A DNA stretch of 64,000 nt from Bdellovibrionota bacterium (GCA_965207455.1 CBDBMJ010000001.1:1152001-1216000), one strand, 5' to 3'. Shown: positions 21,118 through 30,702, numbered from the stretch's first letter. Numbers and translations are program-made. The notes: generated by a model not told the origin, from the sequence alone.

Positions 21118-21851
21118 TTCTTTAAACCCTGATGAAGATTACTTGCATACTTTTTTGCTATATCTATTTGTTTAGACCAGATTCTAGTTCTGGATTTCTG
21201 AGCTTTTTCTATAAAAACATTAAATGTATTTAAGGCTTCTTTCTTTTTTCCTAGCTCCATTTCACATTGACCTTTTCTAAAATAAGCAATAATAGCCTCT
21301 TTCTTCAGTTTAAGAACTCTGGAGTATTGATAAATTGCTTTCTTGCAATTTTTTTTCTTGTAAACTTCCCCAAGAGCAAATATGGAGGATATATTTGAAT
21401 CATTAAATTGAATCGATTTTTCAAAGTGCTCTTTTGCTTTATCTAGTTTATTCTGATCGTAAAAAAGTGTTCCAAGGTTGTAGTAAATGGTGTCATCTTT
21501 TTTGTCGTATTCCAATGACTTCCTGTAAAATATTTCAGCAGCTTTGTACTTTTTCAAACGATGATAAGAATAAGCAATACCTCTGGTTGCTGTAATGGAG
21601 AGAGGAGAAATTTTAAAAGCATTTTTAAAATATTTTATGGATTCCAGATGTTTATTTTTCAAAGAAAACATTTGCCCTAGTTCAAGCTGGGAATGTAAGT
21701 TTTTAGGATTCTCTTTAATAAGCCTACTGTGCTCGTCAATAAGAATATCCAAATAGGAAGACTTGCTTTCAAACGTAGGCTTTTTCATTCCCTTATTCTG
21801 AGCAAAGGAAAGTGCTGGAAATAATATAAATAAAAATAATATGAATTTCAT
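21114..21851 (-). CDS. Secreted tetratricopeptide-repeat protein
   Basis: Signal peptide (ALSFA) and TPR-like helices (YYNLGTLFY, FALGEVY, YFRKGQCEMELG); 4-bp overlap with the S8 gene. Confidence 0.85.
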   Translation of the reverse strand: MKFILFLFILFPALSFAQNKGMKKPTFESKSSYLDILIDEHSRLIKENPKNLHSQLELGQMFSLKNKHLESIKYFKNAFKISPLSITATRGIAYSYHRLKKYKAAEIFYRKSLEYDKKDDTIYYNLGTLFYDQNKLDKAKEHFEKSIQFNDSNISSIFALGEVYKKKNCKKAIYQYSRVLKLKKEAIIAYFRKGQCEMELGKKKEALNTFNVFIEKAQKSRTRIWSKQIDIAKKYASNLHQGLKK

Positions 21852-22032
21852 CGACCCTCCTTAGCCATCTAGTCAACCCTTTGGAATAAAAAACAAGTGC
21901 CAGATGCAACTCATCAGGCAAGATTTCCAGTGCGACCGTCCCCTTCAATTTTCACATAAACCTTGTTCTATTTCCAGCTACCTTATTTATTGCAACGCAT
22001 TATTTCAGTGCCATCCATAAAACAACGATGAA

Positions 22033-22213
22033 ACCAAATTCCAGCGCTTTTAAGAAATCATCATCTATAGGATAGCGAAAACCATAAAGCCTTTCCTTTA
22101 AGTCCATGTCGGACTCAAAGCGCTGCCTCTGTTCCTGAACATCGGTGAGCTCGCTAAAAGCATTGGCTAACTCCAAGCCATTGATATATATTTCAAATTC
22201 CTCTGCCACCGTA
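22033..22213 (-). pseudogene. epmA: Diverged internal fragment of epmA
   Basis: 181 bp aligning to 28576-28756 with about 11 substitutions (hand count). Confidence 0.9.
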
Positions 22214-22217
22214 AGAA

Positions 22218-22414
22218 TTGAGTAAAAAGGTCTAGATTTCTTAGATACTTCAATAAAAACAGTTATCTGAAGTTTTTGACATGGTAGACAAAATAATTCT
22301 TGACTCTCAGCCCGTCCTGGCGCATTATGCACTTACTGACTTGCTGCATGGTGCGACTCAGCCCGTCCTGGCGGTCATTGGAAATATTAACAACATATGA
22401 AAGGAAATTTTAAA
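22218..22414 (+). promoter_or_regulatory. Conserved promoter/leader of secreted paralogue family, copy 1 (others at 24280-24461 and 27732-27913)
   Basis: Near-identical ~190 bp upstream of three paralogues; TTGACT-17-CATTAT; hairpin cgcattatgca/tgcatggtgcg; GAAAGGA RBS. Confidence 0.7.
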
Positions 22415-22936
22415 ATGAAAAAACAAAACATAATAATAACAACACTAGCAATGGCACTTGGACTTGCCATAGCGTTACCAGGATATTCTGTGTCTGAACC
22501 TAACGAACCAATGGTCATGGAACCAGAATCTGAACCTAGCCCACCAATGTTCTACTCGGAACCATTTAGCCCTATAGATATGATAGGTGGTAAAGAAGCC
22601 GAAAGTTGGCTAAATGAAAAATTTATGAATGCTGGGATTAGCGAAGATCAAGCAAAGACAGTTATAAATACTTACACTCCAGAAGCAACAGAACTTACCT
22701 TATCAACATTAGATTGGATTCTTGTAGAGTTGGAGTTGGAGTTACTCGAGCCAGAATGGACTCCAGAACAAAGGAAGAATTTTCTTCAACTAAGAATATT
22801 CTTAAATTTCACGAAGGTAGACATCCTTAAGCAAAAAATGGGAATGCTCGCTACGAAAGTATTTCCTGTTAAAAGTGTTCAAGATGAAGCTAAACCAGGC
22901 GATAACGTCAGACGAATGCTTGGGGCTGACCGGTAA
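22415..22936 (+). CDS. Secreted hypothetical protein, paralogue A
   Basis: MKKQN signal peptide, Glu/Pro-rich linker, helical-looking C-terminus. Confidence 0.8.
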   Translation: MKKQNIIITTLAMALGLAIALPGYSVSEPNEPMVMEPESEPSPPMFYSEPFSPIDMIGGKEAESWLNEKFMNAGISEDQAKTVINTYTPEATELTLSTLDWILVELELELLEPEWTPEQRKNFLQLRIFLNFTKVDILKQKMGMLATKVFPVKSVQDEAKPGDNVRRMLGADR

Positions 22937-22961
22937 GTATTTATTTACTCTGAAATACAGG

Positions 22962-22994
22962 AAAGCCTTCTTTAGAAAGAAGAGGGCTTTTTTT
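22962..22994 (+). terminator. Intrinsic terminator (also at 25001-25033 and 28417-28449)
   Basis: aaagccttcttt-loop-aagagggcttttttt. Confidence 0.75.
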
Positions 22995-23101
22995 GTGCCT
23001 ATAAAATATTTTAAGAAAATGACGTTTCTCAAATGTTCGTTTCCAGTGGTAATTGAAAAAAGACTGAGGCGACAATAACAACATAGAAAGGAAAGTTTAA
23101 A

Positions 23102-24182
23102 ATGAAAAAAACATTATGCATACTAATTGCTCTAGTCTTGGTTAGTCCACAATACGCATACGCAGATAGCCCTGCCGCAGTAATTGCAGAAAAAGCGAAA
23201 AGGGATGTAAAAGATGAAGCTGCAGCTAGAGAAGCTGAGAAGGCAGCCAAATTAGAGGAAAGAATTAATAGAGCAGTTGAAAGAGTTAAGGAGAGAGCTG
23301 AAATTATTGAGACCGCTGAAATGGATCGGAAAGCACATAAAGCAGCTCAAGAGCCAGTTCTTGACAAACAAAACGCAGAAGCAATTATGTTTTGGAAAAA
23401 TAACAATCATGTTGGTGAAATGGTAATGGTAACGACCGCTACAGTCGCTGGAGCCATCTTGATCCTCAGCCACTCATCAGCAAACGTCATGCGCTCATTG
23501 ATTGGGTTTACTGGAATCGGTTTATTCTTTAGCGGCCTTTACTATGGCGGTATTCTCGTTTTAAAATATAGCCAAGCTAAAGCTTCTGAATATCCACCAC
23601 GTGCCTCCACTTATACTGATGGACCCTCGAAAGAAGTTTTATCCAAACTTGATACGCTAAAAGAACTTAAACACCAAATTGAAGCTTGTAAAATTGTAAG
23701 CGAAGAATGCCATGAGATCCAAGAAACATGCCGTGCTGGTAACCTAAGAGAGGCAGTTTTCAGAGTTAGTTTTAAAATATAGCCAAGCTAAAGCTTCTGA
23801 ATATCCACCACGTGCCTCCACTTATACTGATGGACCCTCGAAAGAAGTTTTATCCAAACTTGATACGCTAAAAGAACTTAAACACCAAATTGAAGCTTGT
23901 AAAATTGTAAGCGAAGAATGCCATGAGATCCAAGAAACATGCCGTGCTGGTAACCTAAGAGAGGCAGTTTTCAGAGTTAGGGACTATAAACGTAATGGCT
24001 GCCTTTCTTATTTTTATGTACTTACCAAGCCATACCAGGTGGATTATATTATAGACAATGATTTAGTTCACAAAGACTTTATCAGTAAAGTGGTTGATTT
24101 CAAAAACCAACATATAGATGAAGTTGGAAAAAATATTAGTACAGTATATGTTCCAGAGAAAGGTACCTATACTCCCCACTAG
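23102..24182 (+). pseudogene. Secreted/membrane hypothetical gene frameshifted by an internal 211-bp tandem duplication (ORF stops at 23782)
   Basis: Removing one repeat copy restores an open frame to TAG at 24180-24182. Confidence 0.75.
23558..23979. repeat. Perfect 211-bp tandem duplication
   Basis: 23558-23768 repeated at 23769-23979. Confidence 0.95.
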
Positions 24183-24461
24183 AGCCTTATGCTCAATAGT
24201 AACCTTCAGCACAAGGGCTAGAGCACTCCTCTATCCTTGGGAACTGTAGCATACATAATACCTATGGGTCGAATAGCTCTTGAGTAAAAAAATCCAGCTT
24301 TATCAAATACTTTAATAAAAACAGTAATTTAAGTTTTTGACATGGTAGACAAAATAATTCTTGACTCTCAGCCCGTCCTGGCGCATTATGCACTTACTGA
24401 CTTGCTGCATGGTGCGACTGGTCATTGGAAATATTAACAACATATGAAAGGAAATTTTAAA

Positions 24462-24902
24462 ATGAAAAAACAAAACGTAATAATAACAACACTAGCAATG
24501 GCACTTGGACTTGCCATAGCGTTACCAGGATATTCTGTGTCTGAACCTAACGAACCAATGGTCATGGAAGCAGAATCTGAACCTAGCCCACCAATGTTCT
24601 ACTCGGAACCATTTAGCCCTATAGATATGATAGGTGGTAAAGAAGTCGAGAACTGGCTAAATGAAAGATATGCCAGTGTTGGGCTTACTGGAGAGAAGGT
24701 AGATAAAACTTTTCGTACTGACACTTTAGATGAAATAGATTTTGTCTTGGCAGGATTAGATTGGCTTATTGGAGAAGTGAACATGGAATTATTCAATGAA
24801 AAATTGACTCCAGAGCAAAAGAAAAATTTTCATCAACTAAGAACATTCATCAATTCTCGTAGAGTAGAGGTTCTTAAGAAAAAAGTGGAAATACTTCTTT
24901 AA
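24462..24902 (+). CDS. Secreted hypothetical protein, paralogue B
   Basis: N-terminus nearly identical to paralogue A; C-terminal region diverged. Confidence 0.75.
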   Translation: MKKQNVIITTLAMALGLAIALPGYSVSEPNEPMVMEAESEPSPPMFYSEPFSPIDMIGGKEVENWLNERYASVGLTGEKVDKTFRTDTLDEIDFVLAGLDWLIGEVNMELFNEKLTPEQKKNFHQLRTFINSRRVEVLKKKVEILL

Positions 24903-25048
24903 TGATCTTACAGAATAATCGGGTTACGGCTGGTACAGTCGCTAACGTCAGATGAGTGTTTGGCGTCAACCGATAAGTATTTATTTACTCTGAATACAGG
25001 AAAGCCTTCTTTAGAAATGAAGAGGGCTTTTTTCCATCTTTTTTCTAA

Positions 25049-25503
25049 CTACAAAGCGGACCACAGGGAAGCCCACTGTACATCCTTAATATGCTCTGCC
25101 CTCGTCAAGAGCATCAATAGACGGTCGAAACCCAAAGCAATGCCGCTACACTTGGGTAGACCAAATTCCAGCGCTTTTAAAAAATCCTCATCTATGGGAT
25201 AGCGAAAACCATAAAGCTTCTCCTTTAAGTCCATATCGGACTCAAAGCGCTCTCTCTGTTCCTGAACATCGGTGAGCTCGCTAAAGGCATTGGCTAACTC
25301 CAAGCCATTGATATATATTTCAAATCGCTCTGCCACCGTAGCATCCGTTTCTTTTTTTCGAGATAGGGCTGCCATGGAAGCAGGGTATTCATACAGAATC
25401 GTTGGAGCACCTATTCCAAGCTTGGGCTCAATTCTGTCTAAAAAAATACGAAAGAAAATATCTTCCCATCGATCATCCTCCTTAAACGATATACCAATTT
25501 TTT
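25049..25503 (-). pseudogene. epmA: Duplicated 3' part of epmA cut at the IS1634 end
   Basis: Same sequence as 28465-28919; 5' part absent. Confidence 0.92.
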
Positions 25504-27379
25504 CCTGAGTTCGACGCGTCAAAGCTGAAGAGCAGCTCTGGGAGCGATGATTTAGTGCGGCGTGAGGCACTACGTTTACTCTATTTCATAGGGAACAAGC
25601 GAACGCTTCATGCCCATTACTTGGTATAATTTCTTTGCTGCTGGAGATGCTTTTGATGGAACCACATATCTTTTTTTCGTTTCTGTGTCTACAAGAACTG
25701 ATGCTTGGACTCTCAGGAGTTCATCTCTTATTTGGTTGAAGCTTATTCTCTCCCCCTGTTGCACTTCATAGCGATAGCTCAATTGCCTAGCTAAGGCATA
25801 GGTTAAAAAACATATATCAAGGTGAGCCTCAATCCTATACGGCATCCTGTGATAGATTGGGCGGACTTTTAAGTCGTGCTTATTTATTCTAAATGATTCT
25901 TCAATTTCCCAAAGGGACCGATACCTTTTAATAACACTTACTGCTGATTGCTTGGAGTTGGTAATATAGCCTGTTATTCCATCCCATTGCTCGGAAGATT
26001 TAATTTTTTTATCATCGATCACTGCACTTCTTTTGGATTCAAATGTTAAAAATTTATTAGTCCCATTGTTTTTAACCAATTTTTTAACCTCGATCTGGCC
26101 ATCCTTATCAGCTATTTTTTTTACTCTATCCACAAGTCTTTCTCGTGCCTTGCGATCGTTTGATGCCCTGAAGGGGCAGTAGCTTATAACAAGCCTCCGT
26201 CCCTTATAATCCAGATCTGTCGTCTTAAAGCTATTATTTTCATTATTTTTATTAATTTGGAGAATATTCTCCTTCATTGTTTTTGACATATTTTTGAGCT
26301 TTGCCCCCACAACATACCGCAGGTTTTCTCTTTCGAGTTCGCTCAAATTTTGATCAGAGAACATCCCTCTGTCTGCAGCAAAGTCAATATCATTAAGCGT
26401 GTATTTCTCTTTTAATCTTTTAATAGACGGAATCAATGTTTTCATTTCCATCGTGTTACCTGGAAAAACCTCATACGAAATAGGCAGCCCCTTGGGTGTT
26501 GTGATAAGTGCTAGCACTACCTGAGTTTCCTTAAACTTACAATCCTTACTAAATCCAAAATTCCTTAAATCATCAGGAGTAAAGCTCTCAAAGTAGAGAG
26601 TAGTTACATCAAATAGAAGAATATCAACTTTTTGATGTAATAAATCTAACGTGGACTCCCTGACTAAATCTCGGAGCCTCTGCCCTGCAGATTTACTTAG
26701 TTGAGTCATCATTCTGTAAATCTTTTCTACTGGTAATTTTACGCCAAAATCCTCCTCTAAGAGTTCAGATGTCCTCAGCTTGCTGGATGGATTTGCCAAT
26801 CTCGCTAAAACACAGCTTTTTAAAATAGCATTATTTGTTTCGGCAAATCTTCCTGTAAAAACAAAATCAAACTTTAATTGTTTATATAAAGCGCCAAATA
26901 CTTCTGGAACTCCTTCATTAAATCGCTGCTCTTCCCTGAGCTTTTTTAAATCTACTTTTATCGACTTATCTGTTTCTTTATAGGAATGTCGCTCTACCAA
27001 TTGCTCTGGCGTGAATATGGGTAGACTGGGCTGTTTTTCTTCCTCCATACGACATTTAATGGTTGCAGCAAGATGTAAGAGGTCTTTTAACTCTTCATCA
27101 TTATGTGCAGTACCAACATGCCTTACAATGGATTGAGATACTTTATTGCCTTTTCTATTAGCTTCGACAATTTGAACTGATGTTCGCCCATTTTTGTGGG
27201 GCGATTCTTTTTTTCTTATAAACATAACCCAAGGGTAACAAATTTTCAGATTATGTCAACAAAAAAAAATTATGAGGCACTACAATTCGACTTTTCAGAA
27301 AAAAAATTAAATTTGAAATAATTTCAGCTACTTAAAAAAATTAGCAGGGTGAAATTCTCTATGATGCGTCGAACTCGGG
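25504..27379 (-). mobile_element. IS1634-family insertion sequence
   Basis: Terminal IRs cctgagttcgacgcgtca (25504-25521) and tgatgcgtcgaactcggg (27362-27379), 16/18 match; full transposase inside. Confidence 0.93.
25576..27225 (-). CDS. IS1634-family DDE transposase
   Basis: FDVTTLYFES, GFSKD, FPGNT, AADRGM, YRSLWEIEESFR, RPIYH..RIEAH. Confidence 0.95.
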   Translation of the reverse strand: MFIRKKESPHKNGRTSVQIVEANRKGNKVSQSIVRHVGTAHNDEELKDLLHLAATIKCRMEEEKQPSLPIFTPEQLVERHSYKETDKSIKVDLKKLREEQRFNEGVPEVFGALYKQLKFDFVFTGRFAETNNAILKSCVLARLANPSSKLRTSELLEEDFGVKLPVEKIYRMMTQLSKSAGQRLRDLVRESTLDLLHQKVDILLFDVTTLYFESFTPDDLRNFGFSKDCKFKETQVVLALITTPKGLPISYEVFPGNTMEMKTLIPSIKRLKEKYTLNDIDFAADRGMFSDQNLSELERENLRYVVGAKLKNMSKTMKENILQINKNNENNSFKTTDLDYKGRRLVISYCPFRASNDRKARERLVDRVKKIADKDGQIEVKKLVKNNGTNKFLTFESKRSAVIDDKKIKSSEQWDGITGYITNSKQSAVSVIKRYRSLWEIEESFRINKHDLKVRPIYHRMPYRIEAHLDICFLTYALARQLSYRYEVQQGERISFNQIRDELLRVQASVLVDTETKKRYVVPSKASPAAKKLYQVMGMKRSLVPYEIE

Positions 27380-28919
27380 ATCCAAGAAACATGCCGTGCT
27401 GGTAACCTAAGAGAGGCAGTTTTCAGAGTTAGGGACTATAAACGTAATGGCTGCCTTTCTTATTTTTATGTACTTACCAAGCCATACCAGGTGGATTATA
27501 TTATAGACAATGATTTAGTTCACAAAGACTTTATCAGTAAAGTGGTTGATTTCAAAAACCAACATATAGATGAAGTTGGAAAAAATATTAGTACAGTATA
27601 TGTTCCAGAGAAAGGTACCTATACTCCCCACTAGAGCCTTATGCTCAATAGTAACCTTCAGCACAAGGGCTAGAGCACTCCTCTATCCTTGGGAACTGTA
27701 GCATACATAATACCTATGGGTCGAATAGCTCTTGAGTAAAAAAATCCAGCTTTATCAAATACTTTAATAAAAACAGTAATTTAAGTTTTTGACATGGTAG
27801 ACAAAATAATTCTTGACTCTCAGCCCGTCCTGGCGCATTATGCACTTACTGACTTGCTGCATGGTGCGACTGGTCATTGGAAATATTAACAACATATGAA
27901 AGGAAATTTTAAAATGAAAAAACAAAACGTAATAATAACAACACTAGCAATGGCACTTGGACTTGCCATAGCGTTACCAGGATATTCTGTGTCTGAACCT
28001 AACGAACCAATGTTCTACTCGGAACCATTTAGCCCTATAGATATGATAGGTGGTAAAGAAGTCGAGAACTGGCTAAATGAAAGATATGCCAGTGTTGGGC
28101 TTACTGGAGAGAAGAGAGATAAAACTTTTCGTACTGACACTTTAGATGAAATAGATTTTGTCTTGGCAGGATTAGATTGGCTTATTGGAGAAGTGAACAT
28201 GGAATTATTCAATGAAAAATTGACTCCAGAGCAAAAGAAAAATTTTCATCAACTAAGAACATTCATCAATTCTCGTAGAGTAGAGGTTCTTAAGAAAAAA
28301 GTGGAAATACTTCTTTAATGATCTTACAGAATAATCGGGTTACGGCTGGTACAGTCGCTAACGTCAGATGAGTGTTTGGCGTCAACCGATAAGTATTTAT
28401 TTACTCTGAATACAGGAAAGCCTTCTTTAGAAATGAAGAGGGCTTTTTTCCATCTTTTTTCTAACTACAAAGCGGACCACAGGGAAGCCCACTGTACATC
28501 CTTAATATGCTCTGCCCTCGTCAAGAGCATCAATAGACGGTCGAAACCCAAAGCAATGCCGCTACACTTGGGTAGACCAAATTCCAGCGCTTTTAAAAAA
28601 TCCTCATCTATGGGATAGCGAAAACCATAAAGCTTCTCCTTTAAGTCCATATCGGACTCAAAGCGCTCTCTCTGTTCCTGAACATCGGTGAGCTCGCTAA
28701 AGGCATTGGCTAACTCCAAGCCATTGATATATATTTCAAATCGCTCTGCCACCGTAGCATCCGTTTCTTTTTTTCGAGATAGGGCTGCCATGGAAGCAGG
28801 GTATTCATACAGAATCGTTGGAGCACCTATTCCAAGCTTGGGCTCAATTCTGTCTAAAAAAATACGAAAGAAAATATCTTCCCATCGATCATCCTCCTTA
28901 AACGATATACCAATTTTTT
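27380..28919. repeat. Right copy of the long direct repeat flanking IS1634
   Basis: Begins immediately after the IS right IR; duplicates 23928-25503. Confidence 0.92.
27914..28318 (+). CDS. Secreted hypothetical protein, paralogue B' (12-aa shorter linker)
   Basis: Copy of 24462-24902 with a 36-bp in-frame deletion. Confidence 0.75.
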   Translation: MKKQNVIITTLAMALGLAIALPGYSVSEPNEPMFYSEPFSPIDMIGGKEVENWLNERYASVGLTGEKRDKTFRTDTLDEIDFVLAGLDWLIGEVNMELFNEKLTPEQKKNFHQLRTFINSRRVEVLKKKVEILL

Positions 28920-29523
28920 TTGCCTCTTCCCCCAATACCTTAGGATTGTTAGGACTCTCCAAATTTAAATTTACCTCAGCATAACGGAAGAAAGCATCTT
29001 TTACTGTAATCCTTTCCCAGTCTTTATGGGGGTCGCAACTTTTCCCTGCCCAGTGATACTTTCCATCTTTGCTAAGCACGGAAACTCTACGCAAGAGCTG
29101 CTCGCAGTCTTCCATAATTTTTGTATAGTCCACGCCTGTCCTATACCACTCCAAAAGAAGAAACTCAGAGCGATGGGTGGAGGACTCCTCCCTATTCCGA
29201 AAAACAGTGGCCAATTGAAAAATCTTTTCCATTCCTCCCACTAAAATCTTCTTCATGGCAAACTCAGGAGAGGTATGTAAATGAACAGTGGCGCGTTTTT
29301 CACCTGCCTGATCCTCAAGTTGGGTGGTAAATGCCATAAGGTGGGGCTCCAATCCAGGAGAGCGCTGCAAAATCGGCGTGTCCACAGGAGAAAATTCCTT
29401 TTCCATAAAAAAAGCAACAATTTCTTCTTTGAGTTGCTGACGAATTTTTAAAATAGGCTTTTTCTTCTCCAATGTCTTGGGATGCCACCACGGATTTTCA
29501 TATTCTTTCATGTCGATTTTCAT
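28465..29523 (-). CDS. epmA: EF-P lysine aminoacylase EpmA (GenX/PoxA)
   Basis: LHTSPEFAMKK, VFRNRE, EF.LLEWYR, RFEIYINGLELANAFSEL, SGIALGFDRL; lacks the LysRS anticodon domain. Confidence 0.95.
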   Translation of the reverse strand: MKIDMKEYENPWWHPKTLEKKKPILKIRQQLKEEIVAFFMEKEFSPVDTPILQRSPGLEPHLMAFTTQLEDQAGEKRATVHLHTSPEFAMKKILVGGMEKIFQLATVFRNREESSTHRSEFLLLEWYRTGVDYTKIMEDCEQLLRRVSVLSKDGKYHWAGKSCDPHKDWERITVKDAFFRYAEVNLNLESPNNPKVLGEEAKKIGISFKEDDRWEDIFFRIFLDRIEPKLGIGAPTILYEYPASMAALSRKKETDATVAERFEIYINGLELANAFSELTDVQEQRERFESDMDLKEKLYGFRYPIDEDFLKALEFGLPKCSGIALGFDRLLMLLTRAEHIKDVQWASLWSAL

Positions 29524-29579
29524 ATTGACCCCTAACAACTCTTGTACATAGAAACAGAAATATATACAATAAATATTCT

Positions 29580-30701
29580 ATGGACAATTTATCCCATTGC
29601 CTCGTTGGTTTTGCCATTGCCGAAGCTGCGAGCAATGGCAAAAAGCCACGCCATAAGATTCCCCTATACCTTGCCTCCGCACTGGCTAATAATATTCCTG
29701 ACCTAGACATCCTCTATGGAAACCTAATTACCTCAGGAAAATTAGGCTATCTATTGCACCATCGAGGATATACCCACACCTTGCTGGCTTGTCTTCCCCA
29801 AAGTGCTCTCATCCTTTTGCTCTTCTTCCTCTATGGACGATGGAGAAAAATTCCCTGGACTCCTAAGGAATGGAAATCACTTGTACTGGTGAGTGTATTA
29901 GGTCCCTTGGTACATATTTTCATGGACTGGCTCAATAGCTATGGAGTGCACCCGCTGTGGCCGTGGAATAATGGGTGGTATTACCTCGATTCTATTTTTA
30001 TTATAGAACCTTTCTTTTGGATTTGTATTGTACCCGCTCTATTCCTAGCCACGAAAGATGTAAAAGGAAAATGTTTTTTTGCCACCATCATTGCCCTAAG
30101 CCTATACCTAGTGGCTAAGTTTGCTCCTATACCAATATTGGGATTTTATCTATTTACCACCGTAGTGGTCTTTGGGCTAAGCTATTGGAAACGATGGCTA
30201 AGTTCTTGGTTAGGGCTTTCCCTTATCCTAGTGTTTAGCCTGAGCATGGTAGTTTGCACCCAACATATTCACCAAACTATTATGGACCGTATGAAAAATA
30301 AAAATGGAAACTATACTATTGCTCTTTCACCCATACCAGGTAATTTTTTAAAACGAAGGGTAATTATTGTATCCAGTGAACCTCAAAAAAACACCTATAC
30401 CATAGAACAAGGAAGCTATGACCTGTGGAACGCACGCCTGAAAATAACGAATGTACTAGAAAGAAAACTTAGTCAACTCCAAGACCTATATGAAAACCAT
30501 TGTATTTTTTCTGCCTACCTTCGATTTGCTCGTGCTCCCATCTGGGATAGAAAAATAACTGAACTGCATATGAGGGATATGCGCTTTCCTCCACGAGGTG
30601 GCCCTGGATTTGCCTCGATCCAAGCTCCCATCAAGCCCAAGAAATGCCCCAGCAATGTACCTCCATGGCTACCTCCCATAGAAAGTATCATTAACAACTA
30701 A
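29580..30701 (+). CDS. Membrane metal-dependent hydrolase (YdjM-like)
   Basis: MDNLSHCLVG, PDLD, HHRGYTH, HIFMDWLNSYG. Confidence 0.85.
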   Translation: MDNLSHCLVGFAIAEAASNGKKPRHKIPLYLASALANNIPDLDILYGNLITSGKLGYLLHHRGYTHTLLACLPQSALILLLFFLYGRWRKIPWTPKEWKSLVLVSVLGPLVHIFMDWLNSYGVHPLWPWNNGWYYLDSIFIIEPFFWICIVPALFLATKDVKGKCFFATIIALSLYLVAKFAPIPILGFYLFTTVVVFGLSYWKRWLSSWLGLSLILVFSLSMVVCTQHIHQTIMDRMKNKNGNYTIALSPIPGNFLKRRVIIVSSEPQKNTYTIEQGSYDLWNARLKITNVLERKLSQLQDLYENHCIFSAYLRFARAPIWDRKITELHMRDMRFPPRGGPGFASIQAPIKPKKCPSNVPPWLPPIESIINN

Positions 30702-30702
30702 A

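Larger units (their letters stand above)
23928..25503. repeat. Left copy of ~1.58-kb direct repeat flanking IS1634
   Basis: Matches 27380-28919 apart from a 36-bp indel and a 2-bp change; ends exactly at the IS left end. Confidence 0.92.

Noticed and set aside
22276..22287. ttgacatggtag in the cassette leader matches the tRNA-Val(GAC) anticodon arm (possible att core)
   Set aside because: Only 12 bp, half of it a TTGACA -35 consensus, and no integrase nearby; probably chance.
22000..22332. 110-aa ORF (and the 173-aa ORF at 25049-25570) as novel epmA fusions
   Set aside because: Chance read-through from leader or IS-end DNA into epmA fragments; they lack the N-terminal catalytic motifs.
22415..28318. 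Diversity-generating retroelement as the cause of the paralogue variation
   Set aside because: No reverse transcriptase in the window, and no template/variable repeat pair differing only at adenines was seen.
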